DNA from: the human T2T-CHM13v2.0 reference genome, Homo sapiens
Assembly: GCF_009914755.1 (NCBI RefSeq)
Contig: NC_060932.1
Length of the DNA: 64,000 nt
Direction: 5' to 3' (one strand)
The notes under the pieces: model-generated
The model's input: the letters and a program-made list of their open reading frames with translations, nothing else
What the model was told of the DNA's origin: nothing
Databases searched by the model: none
Shown here: positions 19,936 to 32,621 of the stretch, piece after piece
Layout: every line of letters starts with the position of its first letter
Position numbering within the stretch: position 1 is the first letter of the stretch
Translations under genes and position numbers: made by a program

Positions 19936-20952
19936 TTACATTTTGGCATGATTTTGCAGCAGCAGGTACTGGTTGTTCCTTTCCATGTTTAGCTCTTCCT
20001 TCAGGAGCTCTTTTAGGGCAGGCCTGGTGGTGACAAAATCTCTCAGCATTTGCTTGTCTGTAAAGTATTTTATTTCTCCTTCACTTATGAAGCTTAGTTT
20101 GGCTGGATATGAAATTCTGGGTTGAAAATTCTTTTCCTTAAGAATGTTGAATATTGGCCCCCACTCTCTTCTGGCTTATAGGGTTTCTGCCGAGAGATCC
20201 GCTGTTAGTCTGATGGGCTTCCCTTTGAGGGTAACCCGACCTTTCTCTCTGGCTGCCCTTAACATTTTTTCCTTCATTTCAACTTTGGTGAATCTGACAA
20301 TTATGTGTCTTGGAGTTGCTCTTCTCGAGGAGTATCTTTGTGGCATTATCTGTATTTCCTGAATCTGAATGTTGGCCTGCCTTGCTTGTTTGGGGAAGTT
20401 CTCTTGGATAATATCCTGCAGAGTGTTTTCCAACTTGGTTCCATTCTCCCCATCACTTTCAGGTACACCAATCAGACGTAGATTTGGTCTTTTCACATAG
20501 TCCCATATTTCTTGGAGGCTTTGCTCATTTCTTTTTATTCTTTTTTCTCTAAACTTCCCTTCTCGCTTCATTTCATTCATTTCATCTTCCATTGCTGATA
20601 CCCTTTCTTCCAGTTGATCGCATCGGCTCCTGAGGCTTCTGCATTCTTCACGTAGTTCTCAAGCCTTGGTTTTCAGCTCCATCAGCTCCTTTAAGCACTT
20701 CTCTGTATTGGTTATTCTAGTTATACATTCTTCTAAATTTTTTTCAAAGTTTTCAACTTCTTTGCCTTTGGTTTGAATGTCCTCCCGTATCTCAGAGTAA
20801 TTTGATCGTCTGAAGCCTTCTTCTCTCAGCTCGTCAAAGTCATTCTCCATCCAGCTTTGTTCCATTGCTGGTGAGGAACTGCGTTCCTTTGGAGGAGGAG
20901 AGGCGCTCTGCGTTTTAGAGTTTCCAGTTTTTCTGCTCTGTTTTTTCCCCAT
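19936..20952 (-). pseudogene. L1 ORF1 (RNA-binding protein), full 339-codon span with nonsense mutations
   Basis: MGKKQSRKTGNSKTQSASPPPK...; in-frame stops at 20659 and 20176. Confidence 0.93.
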
Positions 20953-21429
20953 CTTTGTGGTTTTATCTACTTTTGGTCTTTGATGATGGTGATGTACAGA
21001 TGGGTTTTTGGTGTGGATGTCCTTTCTGTTTGTTAGTTTTCCTTCTAACAGACAAGACCCTCAGCTGCAGGTCTGTTGGAATACCCTGCCGTGTGAGGTG
21101 TCAGTGTGCCTCTGCTGGGGGGTACCTCCCAGTTAGGCTGCTTGGGGGTCAGGGGTCAGGGACCCACTTGAGGAGGCAGCCTGCCCGTTCTCAGATCTCC
21201 AGCTGCGTGCTGGGAGAACCACTGCTCTCTTCAAAGCTGTCAGACAGGGACATTTAAGTCTGCAGAGGTTACTGCTGTCTTTTTGTTTGTCTGTGCCCTG
21301 CCCCCAGAGGTGGAGCCTACAGAGGCAGGCAGGCCTCCTTGAGCTGTGGTGGGCTCCACCCAGTTCGAGCTTCCCGGCTGCTTTGTTTACCTAAGCAAGC
21401 CTGGGCAATGGCGGGCGCCCCTCCCCCAG

Positions 21430-22723
21430 ATTTTTTAAGGCTGAATAGTAAGTATTCCATTCGCTAGGTCAACATCAGGAAGGTTTTCCCTAATGTTTTT
21501 GCTAGTAGAACATTGCTGTAAAACATAGTTTTGGATAGTTATAAATGTATGTTTTTTAGTTTCAGGACTTACATTGCAATTTTTAACCCATTTAGGGATG
21601 ATTTTTATATAAGGGGTGAGAGAAGGGTCTGGTTTCATGCTTCTGCATGTGGATATTTCATTTTCCCAACACCATTTATTGAAGAGACTGTCCTGTCCTG
21701 ATTGTATATGTATGTTTTGGTACCTTTGCCAAAAATCAGTTGTCCGTAAATGTGTGTATTTATTTCTGGGCTATTTGGTTACATTGACCTATATGTCTGC
21801 TTTGGTGCCAGTACCATGCTGTTGCAGTTACAATATCATTGTAGTAGATTTTGAGGTCAGGTAGTTTAATACCTCCAGTTCTGTTCTTTTTGCTCAGGAT
21901 TGCTTTGGCTATTCAAGGTTTTGTGTGGTTTCATACAGATTCTAGAATTATTATTTTTATTTCTGTGAAAAATATCATGGAAATTTTTATAGGAAATGCA
22001 TTGAATCTGTAGATTGCTATTGGCAGTATGGGCATTTTAAAAATACTAATTATTTCAATTCATGAACATAGAATTTTTTTTCATTTGTGTATTTTTCATA
22101 AACTTTTTATGGTGTTCCTTATAGAGATCTTTCACCTCCTTGGTTAAACTTATTCCTTGGATTTTTTAATGTTATTGTTAATGGGCTTGTTTTCTTGATT
22201 TGTTTTACGGATAGTTATAAGTGCATAAAAATGGTACAAATTTTTGTCTGGTGATTTTGTATCCTGCAGCTTTACTGACTTTGTTTAGTAGTTCTCTTTT
22301 TTGATGGAATCTTTAGGGTTTTCAAAATATAACATCATCTTTAAACAACTACAATTCTACTTCTTTTTTTCCAAACTGGATTTGTTTTTATTTCTTGTTT
22401 TTGCCTAATTGCTCTAAGACTTCCAGTGCTATGTTGATTTGAAGTGGTAAGAGTGGGCATCCTAGTCTTATTCCTGAACTTAGAGAAAAAGTGTTCTACT
22501 TTTCGCCATTGAGTGTGATATTAGCTGTGGGTGTATCATATATGGCCTTTGATGTTAGAGAACATTCCTTCTATAGTTAATTTGTTGAGAGCTCTGATTA
22601 TGAAAAGATGTTGAATTTTGTCAAATGCCTCTTCTGCATCTATTGAGATGATCATGCAGTTTTGTCCTTCATTCTGTTAATGTGGTGTATCACATTTATT
22701 GATTTGCATACATTGAACCATCC
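21430..22723 (-). mobile_element. Old L1M, continuation (degenerate ORF2)
   Basis: Degenerate antisense ORF2 (CACCATTTATTGAAGAGACTGTCC, AGAGTGGGCATCCT). Confidence 0.8.
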
Positions 22724-23020
22724 AAAACCCAGGACCTGATGACTTCATGACTGAATTCTAGCAAACTAGATAGAAGTAATGCCAGCTTTTGTCAAACTTT
22801 CCCAAAAAATGGAAGAGAAAGGAATACTTCCAAACACATTTTGCAAGCCTCACCTTACCCTGATATCAAAGCCAATCAAGGATGCTAAGAAATAAAATAA
22901 AATTATAGATTATATTCCTGATGAACATAAATGCCAAAATCCTCAACCAAACACTAACAAATCCAATTCAAGAGCACATTAGAAGGATTATTCACCATGA
23001 TAAAGGGATATTTATGCCCG
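22724..23020 (+). mobile_element. Old L1M ORF2 segment, inverted relative to the adjacent L1M
   Basis: Sense ORF2 text CCAGGACCTGATG...GAATTCTA...AAAATCCTCAAC...CACCATGAT. Confidence 0.75.
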
Positions 23021-23329
23021 GCAAAACATGACGTTATTTTCATATTTTTTTTGTATCATTTGGGTTATCAACTTACGATTCAGGTTTCTTGGGTCCTAAG
23101 GCTTCAACAATTAAAATCCAGGTTTTGTGGGTCCTAAGGCTTCAACAATTAAAAACATAATAATATGGCATTTGAATACTAATTCAATTCAAAAGTAAAT
23201 ATTTAGAATAAGGAAAGCAATTAAAACAAATTACAAATGAAAAAACTTGACAAACATCACATGTTTGTTAACTGTCTGACACAACTCAGCTCTATAGTAT
23301 TTTTTCTTACATTGTGTTCTCTGTATAAA

Positions 23330-23366
23330 ATATCTATCTATCTATCTGTCTGTCTATCTATCTATC
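23330..23366. repeat. (TATC)n/(TGTC)n microsatellite
   Basis: Seen directly. Confidence 0.85.
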
Positions 23367-23604
23367 TTTCCTAGTCTTATTTCTAGCATTATTAATAGCA
23401 GTTTGTTGTTGATATTAATAGCTTATTAGAGTCTTTTCAGCTTCTTAATTCATGGATATGTTATAAAAGTTTTATAAATTTTTGTCAAACCTGAAAAACT
23501 TCTGTCAAAGTTCTTTCACTGAATTTCATATTTTCTTTCGAAGTGACTAATATTAAATGCCCTTTCAATTGCAACACGTGTTCTTTTGGGGAGATGGGGT
23601 TAAA

Positions 23605-24531
23605 TCTTTTTTTAATTTTTATTTCAATAGTTTTTGGGGGTAGGGATAGTTTTTGGTTACATGGATAAGTTCTTTAGTGGTGATGTCTGAGATTTTAGTG
23701 CACCCATCAACCAAGCAGTATATACTGTACCCAATATGTAGTATTTTATCCCCTACCTCTCTCCCAACCTTCCTCTGCCCCAAGTACCCAAAGTCCATCA
23801 TATCATCTTATGCCTTTGCATCCTCATAGCTTAGTTCTCACTTAGAAGTTAGAATATACTATATTTATTTATTTATCTATTACTGAGTTACTTCTCTTAG
23901 ACTAACGGCCTCCAGTTCCATCCAAGTTGCCTCAAAAGACATCATTTCATTCATTTTCATGGCTGAGTAGTATTCCATGGTGTGTATATATGTATATGTG
24001 TACATTGGTTTTTTTTATCCCTTTGTTGGTTGATGGGCACTTAGGATGGTGCCGTATCTTTGCAATTTTGAATTGTGCATGTGTGTGCATGTGTTTTTTT
24101 TCATGTAATTACCTATTTTCCTTTGGGTAGATACCCAGTAGTGAAATTTCTGGATCAAATGGTAGTTCTACTTTAGCTCCTTAAGGAATCTCCATACTGT
24201 TTTCCATAGCGGTTCCACTAATTTACATTCCCACCAGCAGTGTAGAAGTGTTCCCTTTTCACCACATGCACACCAAAATCTATTGGTTTTTGCCTTTTTA
24301 ATTATGGCCATTTTTGTAGGAGTAAGGTGGTATTTCATTGTGGTTTTCATTTGCATTTTCCCTGATGATTAGTGACGTAGAGCATTTTTTCAAATGTTTG
24401 TTGGCCATTTGTATATTTTCTTTTGAGAAATGTCCATTCATGTCCTCAGCCCACTTTTTAATGGGATTATTATTTTTTTTCTTGCTGATTTAAGTTCCTT
24501 GTAGATATTAGTCCTTTGTTGGATGCATAGT
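23605..24531 (-). mobile_element. L1 3' fragment (L1PB/L1MA-like)
   Basis: ORF2 C-terminal remnant ([24 protein letters not shown]) plus 3' UTR; decayed flanking direct repeat TTT(C/G)AATTG.AACAC.TGTTC. Confidence 0.85.
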
Positions 24532-26319
24532 TTGAATTGAAACACTTGTTCATACCAGTAGGAGCCCTGCCAGGGGCTTAGAAGGGTTTTATGCAAATGA
24601 GAAGCCCTGAAGCTTAGACATCATTAGTTTCATCTTAAATCTAGCTATTTGAGGTAAACCCTTGTTTATCTGTGTTCACCCTCATGCTGTTTACCCACAA
24701 ATAACCAATTGCCAAAGGACTTTTAACATGTTCTTCATGGTGGATCTCTGTCTCCATTATGCTACCCTTTTTAAAACTTTATTATCTTAGAGGTGAACCA
24801 TTGCAAACTTCTAAATTTCCCACTTGAAGTCTTTGTCCCCTTCTTGTCATTCTGAAAAATAATTCCAAAGGAGTTATCCTAAAATGATTTCAATTTTTAA
24901 AACACTCTTCTACTTATTAAATCACATCTAAAATCTTCTACCTAATTTTTTGGGTCATATGTGATCTGGACCAAACTATTCTTTCTAGTGTGATCTACTA
25001 TTTCACTCTAGTCTAGAGATTTGGACTTCACCTAAGCAATGTTTACTACTATGCCATTTATTCTACCTTGAACATGGTGATTTTACTTTCTATTAGAGGG
25101 ATACAATTCTCAGCATCTCCTTAGGGCCTGGACCTTTCAGAAATGAGGAAGTGTCTTACACAGCTGTTGGAGTGTTCACATGTAGCTCACCTGAAATCTG
25201 ATCCCTTTTCCCTCCTTTGGTTTTCTCTGTGGTCCTTATGATAACCATATTCTAAGTATTCTACATTGCTTATTTGATTTTTTGACACTTGATTTGACAT
25301 ATCAGCATAACGGGAATAATGAGACTATCGTGCTACAAAGTTATAATAGAGATTAAATGAGATATCTAAAAAATTGTTATGTCCTACAAAATACCCTTAT
25401 TAGGACAGGTACTTAAGTAGAAGGCCTTTCTCTGGATACCTCAGAGGCAGCTGGCTGAGTACGTCTGCTGTGCTTTTCTTTACACAGTGTGGAGAGGCCA
25501 CTGAGAATCTCTGATGACATGTGCTATGGAAGAAAAATTATTCATGTTTTAATTGTAAACTCTAAAATGTTCCTACAGAACAACAACAGTGATTAGCAGA
25601 TTCCAAAATTTCTAATTTTGGAAATAGAAAAAAATCTGAAGGTCATCATTTGAGCTAATTTCACCCGACAGGAATTTGATTTAAAATTTGTTTTATTCCT
25701 CGCCAACTTTACCCCTGGTATAGTCTAGCAAGACTTCTCTTTCCTTCTTGTCTACTTGTTTTTAAGGGGTGGGTACGGAGTCTGTTTTTCACTCTGGGAA
25801 AGATGCATACTTGTGCCAGAAGGTAAATGAGGCCAGCTTCACTAGCGGTTTTAGCGTCTTTGAAACATAGCCAAGGCTGGATCAGAACCAGAATAAGAAT
25901 TTCTCAAAGCTGCAACAGACGATAAAAATCCAAAATAGAAACTACCATTGTGATGCAAAGAGGGAAGCAGATGCAATTAGCACAGGAGCCATTCTGGAGG
26001 GAAAAAGATGAAGTGCTGAAATGAGTTCAGTGGGTGCTTCATTGATTCCATATTTAGGCATCAGGAGTAGTTGTGCCGTAGCAGCCAGGAGTCATGACCA
26101 GATTCCAAAGAGGGGTCCTTGTCTCCAGTCCTGGCCCAAATCTTTCTTTTTGGAGATAATGGTTGAAGTTACATTGTGCAATGATGGATACAGAATCCTA
26201 GAAATGACAGTTAGGGCATTAACTGGTAACAGTTACGTAACGGTAACATCCCTACCCTTAGTACAAAAGGTGAGTTGACCTCAGGTAATACGAAGAAAAA
26301 AAAAGACCAACGTTTATTA

Positions 26320-26595
26320 AGAGGCGTTTAGCATAATGGTTATGGGCATGGGTCTGGAGGTGGTTTGTCTGAAGCGAATCCTGGTGCCACTATATAAGAG
26401 CCATGTGATCTTGACCAAGTTATTAGGTTGGTGCAAAATAATTAGCCGCTAATGGCAAAAACCACAATTACTTTTGCACATATTTTAAATTATGAGCATC
26501 AGTGTTTCCATCTAAAAAATGAGCATAATTATTGCAGTACCTCACAGAGCTATTGTGAAGATGGTTAATTAATCATTGAAAGCACTTAAAACACC
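26320..26595 (+). mobile_element. MIR (host of MADE1)
   Basis: GAATCCTGG..CCACT...TGTGATCTTGACCAAGTTA | TCAGTGTTTCCATCT..AAAATGAG...ACCTCACAGAG. Confidence 0.65.
26423..26485. mobile_element. MADE1 (Hsmar1-derived MITE), shortened, inserted at TA in a MIR
   Basis: TTAGGTTGGTGCAAAA ... AAAACCACAATTACTTTTGCAC inverted termini. Confidence 0.85.
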
Positions 26596-27705
26596 AAGTC
26601 ACTATGCAAAGTTTCTTGCCTAAACCACCTACTTCAATCCTCACAGTTCTGAGGCAGGCTTCACTCTCCCCATTCCATGGATAAGACAGTTAAGGCTCCC
26701 AAATCAATGACTAACGTGATGTGTTGTCTAAGGCCTCAGGAGAATATTATAGACTGAGAGGCAGCTCTAGCACAGAGTGGAGATGAGGAGTCTTACAAGG
26801 GAAAAAGAAACACTTAAAACAGATTCGTTTCCCCAAAACCAACCCCTACTGAGCCACTGACTCCGAGTTTTCCTTTCTCTGAAGAAATTTAGGAGTTTCT
26901 TCCCAGTGGATTTCTACTCCCCACCCCTCCCCCACCCTCTGGCATCCCTCTATCACAACAGTGGCTCAGGACGATTCTGGAAAAACAAGAAAAATTGTAA
27001 GAGAGCTCCTTCTTCCCTCGGGAAAGCTCTCTCTGTAAATGAGTCAAATGGGAATGAGGCTGGTTAGTGAACAATCGTCATAAGAGGGTCACTTGAATTT
27101 CTAGCTTGCAGGCTTTCTCGTTTGTTTCTAGCTATATTTCAAGAAGTCTGCATTTGTAAGAGAATTCCTAAGACCACAAAAGTTAGAAAGGATGTGAGGC
27201 ATCATCTAAACAAGCTTCCATAGTTGACAGATGAAAAAGCTGAGGCCCAGGAAAGGAAGGAAATTTCTTAACAGCTTTCACAGTTCCTTCAACAGCAGAG
27301 CTCAAGACTAGTGTTCTCACTATCATTCACCACTTCCTTCCCTTTCATCAGACTGAACTCTTGGCAGTTCCCCAAATATATTGTAGCTTCTCAAAAAATC
27401 TTAGCTTTGACACATAATATATACTCATCCTTAAATCCCAAATATATTCCCACTTTTCATGTTTTGGTTTTGCTTTGCCTAACACCTCATCCATAGTACT
27501 CATATCAAACATCATTTCCAGGGAAACTCATCTCTTATTTGCTCTCACAATAGCCCCTGTTTATCAACCCCACAATCTGATGTTTTTATGTCTTTGTGTA
27601 TGTCTGCCTTTCCTGGAGGAAAAAGAACACATCTATTTTGTTCGTCGTTCTATTCTTTGTCTCTTGGCATCATCATTGGCATATTAGTACGATGTCAAAA
27701 ATATT

Positions 27706-27922
27706 GGATGGATGAATGGATGGGTGGGTGGATGGATGGATGGATGGATGCTTGGGTGGTTGGGTAGATAAATAGGTGAGTGAGTGGATAAATAGATGAA
27801 TGGGTAGGTGGATGAATGGGTGGGTTACCAAATGGGTGGGTGGATGGATGGGTGGGTGGGTGAGTGAATGGGTGGGTGGGTGGGTGAGTGGTTGAATGGG
27901 TGGTGAATGGATGAATGGATAC
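27706..27922. repeat. (TGGA/TGGG/TGAA)n degenerate tetranucleotide repeat
   Basis: Seen directly; follows an L2-like 3' end. Confidence 0.9.
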
Positions 27923-30674
27923 ATGTATGTATACATGAATGGACATGTAAATTTTCCTTTGAATGTGTAGGAAATTACCCAAAACATTACAAGTCTCAGA
28001 TAACATGAATTCTTTCATGATTCCTGCAACACTTTTTATAATATTATTTTCTATGTGATTTGCCTAGCTTATGATCCCCTGATGTTTCTAAAAGCAGGAA
28101 GAAATGTGTAATCTGCTCTAGTAGCAGGTGGAAATTAAATGCCCCCTCACTGTGTGCTTTGGTTGAAAGTTTTAACTCACTATAAATATTTCTTCTCAAC
28201 ACCTTTACAGCCCATGGGTATATGTGTGTGCCTGTACACTTACTGATTTATCTCCTTAGACCAGCAGGAGATAAAAAGATAGCAGGAGAACTGTATAGGA
28301 TTAACAAATGGCCCCTTGGACAGTCAAAAGTTTAGTGCCTTCGCATGAATATATCCTATTTTATGGGGAGCCAATGAGGTCTGGCAAGCTCTAATGTCTG
28401 TTTTGGTCAAATACTACTATAATTTAAAATCACTGGTATCAGGAATTCCATGTGATGTGTGCAGCAGCTCAGCCCTGCCTACCTTTCAATTCTGAAGCAA
28501 GAAAGAAATGATGCTTCTGGGTTCTCTGAGTGACAGAACAGTAATAGACTGTTGCATTTTGAATTTTATATTTGCCATAATTTTGATTTTTTTTCTTCTC
28601 TGACTACTTTCTTTTGTAGTCTCATCAGCTCAGAAGGTCAAAGTTGAGATACTTGTCAAGACAGTCAAAGTGTAGAACAATGAGCCTATGACAGAAGTGA
28701 GGCATGATATTAATTGTACATTAAGCTTTATAGGTTTTTGGATCATCCATCCCTCTGACAGTGGTAATAGGAATCCTGAGTGCTATTATATTTCCTTCAC
28801 AGCAAAGATTATAAAAAGCAAGAGGAATTACATGTGCTTCTACCGCATCTTATCAGCACTCAGGCAAGGTTTACTAATATGTATAATCACAATGACTTCC
28901 AAAGGTTCCACCTTGGTACTTCTGTTAATTTAATTCAATGTAACAGACACTTAGTGAGCATCTAATAAGTGTCAGGCATTAGGCCTAGTGCTAGGGATAG
29001 AGAAATGAATACACAGATGTGGACTTTGCCAGTAAAAATAAGAAGTAGAGTTGTGTGCAGTGGATTTATATGTTTTAGGCTAAATATGGACTTTTCCTAG
29101 AAGAGGGATTCAGATGGCATTTCAGTTCACATTTAGTACTATTTGTGTGACTTTGGGCAAGCCTGTTCTCCCCTCTAGGTTTTACTTTCCTCATTCCTAA
29201 GCATAGCACATTTGAGCACAAATATTTCATATTTCTGTCAATCTTTGGGTATCTTAGAATTTGGAATTTATTCTGTTGGAAAAGTATCTGCTAAGGGTGA
29301 AACTGAGACCTGAAGTTTTAGTTGAAAGAGTCTGAAGACATAGCAGTGAATCCACACGCTTGAAGTAGCACATATATTGGAGGCCATTTCTTGGAATATC
29401 ATGGGAAGCAGCACCCTTTATGTTGTCACCATTTCATGAGGGGCTCCACAGAGATTCTTACCACCAGGCTTATGTCAAAGACCTTTACCCTATTCTTTGA
29501 AAACGAATTCAGCGGGGAGGAAAACAAATCAATTGTAACTCATAAGTAGCTCAAGAAACCATCCCTCATCTCTTCATGGGTGTTTTCCCCTAGTGCCTTA
29601 GGACCAATGTGGTCTATTTTAGAAAAGTTAAAATGCTAGATTTTTCCTTATCATGCACCAAGTGAATCCTTATAATCAATGGGTCCAATTTTCAAGAGTT
29701 TTAAATAATCACATTGAGTACTCCTAACTATTCATTGAAGATTCTGTAGATAAGAGATTTCAAGTGCAGCAATCTTAAGAACCTATGTATAATAGTTATA
29801 TATCTGATTCCATTCTGTGGAGGTTAAAATTATAAGATAAACACAGTGGTTGTACGACTAACATTCACAAAAGCATGCTCATGAGTCTCATCCCAGGGTT
29901 TTGTGAGGAGATATTTTTCCCACTGACTTAAAGAAAATCATATATTTTCTACAGCTTCCTGTACACTTAGATTCTTCAAGTATTGTAAAGTGAGATTAGC
30001 CAGAGAAACAATAGATTTGGTGAATGGATAATTGGCTGGGGCATGAACTAAGAGTCAGACAGGCTTGGGTATGAAAGTCACTTGAACCTCCTAGTAACTG
30101 AATGGCTATGGTAAGTCATTTAACATCTCTGAATCAGTTTTCTCACCTGTATGGTAAGGACAACACTAGTACCTAGTTCGATGGGATTTGGGGAAAGTTA
30201 AATAAAATGTTTCTGGAGAGTTAAAAAAAAAATACCAATGAATTATCAACAGACAAAAAGCTTACACATGAGCTGACAATACAAGATCAATTTATAAGTT
30301 CAAAAATAAATAATCCATATTATTTTCTTTGTTAAGAGTATGGACCCGTTGCAGTCATTAACTGTTAAACTTTCCTTGCCCGGGTTTGGTTTTATTGGCA
30401 GTGATTTCCAATCCTGTTTTCTTCATCTGGAGAGCAAAGACTAGACTAAAGACAGAATCCTTTGACCTTCTGCTGTGTACCGTGGTCTTTCTTTTCAAAG
30501 ACCACAGAGAAAGGCTGAAGATAAACATCTGGTCTTTTCCCGGCATGATCCCTTATATTTTCACTCAGTTGGTGCAACCCAGCTCCTATTCGAATTCTAA
30601 AAGTTCTGTGTAAGAGGTAAATTAGTGCTGCTCCCAATGTGGTCCAGGAATGGTGGTAGTGAGCAGCCATTTGG

Positions 30675-31135
30675 TTGTTGTTGTTGTTGTTTTATTTTAC
30701 ATTCAGGTGGTACACGCATAGGTTTGTTATACGGATATATTGTGTGATGCTAAGTTTCACACTTCTAATGATCCTGTTGCCGAAGTAGTGAACGTGATAT
30801 CTAATAGGTAGTTTTTCAACCGGTGCCTCCTTCCCTCTCTGCCCCTTTTCAAAATCCCCACTGTCTGTTGTTCCTATCTTTGTGTCTTTATGTATCCAAT
30901 GTTCGGCTCCTACTTGTAAGTGAACACATACTTTATTTGGTTTTCCATTTCTGTGTTAATGCACTTAGGATAATGCCCTCCAGCTACATACAAGTTGCTG
31001 CAAAAGACATGATTGCATTCTTTCTTATGGCTGCATAGTATTCCGTGGTGTGTATGTACCACATTTTCTTTATCCAATCCAGCATTGATGAGGACCTGGG
31101 TTGATTCCATGTCTTTTCTATTGTGAATAGTGAGC
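30675..31135 (-). mobile_element. Older L1PA 3' end
   Basis: CTCCTACTTGTAAGTGAA...TTATGGCTGCATAGTATTCC. Confidence 0.8.
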
Positions 31136-31511
31136 TGCCATTTGTTGTCAGTCCATGAGATAAGCCCAGAAATTATATTTAGAAACTTTATAGCAATGTA
31201 ATAACAGAATGCTTTTGTTTCTATTGAATCTAGTGACACAAATTTTGAGTTTGCATTTTAATACCTTTAAATTTAATTTTTCTAAAAATGCATTTCATTA
31301 TACTTTATAAAAGCATTAAACCACAATCAGCTGGAATTTAATTTTAAAAAACCTGATTATTTAACTCAGATAACAAGAAAAGCCCTGCTGTAAAACAACA
31401 TAGACATGTCATTTATTATTAAAACTTTTTGCTATATAATTTCTCAGATCATTTTTTTTCTGTTCAAAATATGTTGTGTGGAATTCAAGTTTAAATTAGA
31501 TAAAATCAACT

Positions 31512-31858
31512 AGGCATGGTGGCTTATATCCCACGGTGGCTGTAATCCCAGCACTTTGGGAGCCTGAGGCAGGAGGATTGCTTCAAGCCAAGAGTTCAAG
31601 ATTAGCCTGGACAACATAACAAGACCCTGTCTCCACAAACAAACAAACAAAAATAATAAAAAAAAAATAAAAAATTAAAAGGGAAAGAGAGAAAAAAGAA
31701 AAAAAAAATTAACCAGGCCTGGTGATGTATGCCTATAGTCCTAACTACTTGTGAGGCTGAGGTGGGAGGATCACTTGAACCCACGAGTTTAAGGCTACAG
31801 TAAGCCATGATTATGCCATCGCACTCTAGCCTGGGTGACAGAGTGAGACACTGTCTCA
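31512..31858 (+). mobile_element. AluJ with expanded central A-rich linker
   Basis: GGAGGATTGCTT, GGTGGGAGGATCACTTGA, AAGGCTACAGT. Confidence 0.85.
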
Positions 31859-32621
31859 GTCGATCACTCAATTAAATAAAATCTTGTGATACTTCAGATT
31901 TTAATTTTAATAAAAATAGGTAGAGCATATCAATATTCTACTCCCTGGTGCTGATATTTGGCTGAGTATCTTTGGGACTACCAACCATGGTAAGAAAGTT
32001 GAGGAAATTCTACAGGGTTATAGGGTAAATATGATATGCCCACCATCAATCATCATAGGAAGCCGAGGGTGCTAAAAGTGAAGTATAGACATAAGTATGC
32101 CCATACTTATACAAAAGGCCAGGTATGAGAGCTCCTACTTTTAGTTAGGAGAGGAAGAATGAAGACAGGGCAATGAAAATGGGATGGATTTCACCAGAGG
32201 CATAAGTCAGGACAAGGGTTCCAGTACCCCTTAAAAACATAATCATGTAGACACTAAATGTATGTATCTACATATGTATGAAATATATCACTAGAATGTC
32301 TACTTTTCATTTTAGAATATGAGAGTTAAAAGGAATCTAAGAAATCATCTAGTTTAAATTTCATGCTTTACATAAGTGAAAAACAAAGCCCAGCCCAGTG
32401 TGTTGATTTGCCGAAAGTCCAGCGAGAAATTGCACGTGAAGACATCCAGCAGGCAGAGAGTATGCTGTGTCTGCCTTATCATTATCTAGTCCATGCCCAC
32501 TGGACTGGAGCAGTGTTATCTGAAGTTGGTCATAGGTAGTTATTCATGTTTAAAGGATGATATAAAAATGATAAATTTTGCAGGCTATTGGAGAGGCAGC
32601 ATGATATATTAGAACATGGAT

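Larger units (their letters stand above)
23078..24652 (-). mobile_element. hAT-Tip100 DNA transposon remnant (Arthur1/MER69-like), split by an L1
   Basis: Ends resemble recalled MER69 termini: TCCAGGTTTTGTGGGTCCTAAGGCTT and GCCCTGAAGCTTAG...CATTAGTTTCAT..TAAATC. Confidence 0.55.

Noticed and set aside
25601-25623. Perfect hairpin TTCCAAAATT-TCT-AATTTTGGAA
   Set aside because: A 10-bp AT-rich stem is plausible by chance in 64 kb, with no supporting context.
32091-32110. Hairpin ATAAGTATG-CC-CATACTTAT
   Set aside because: Short AT-rich stem with no other evidence.
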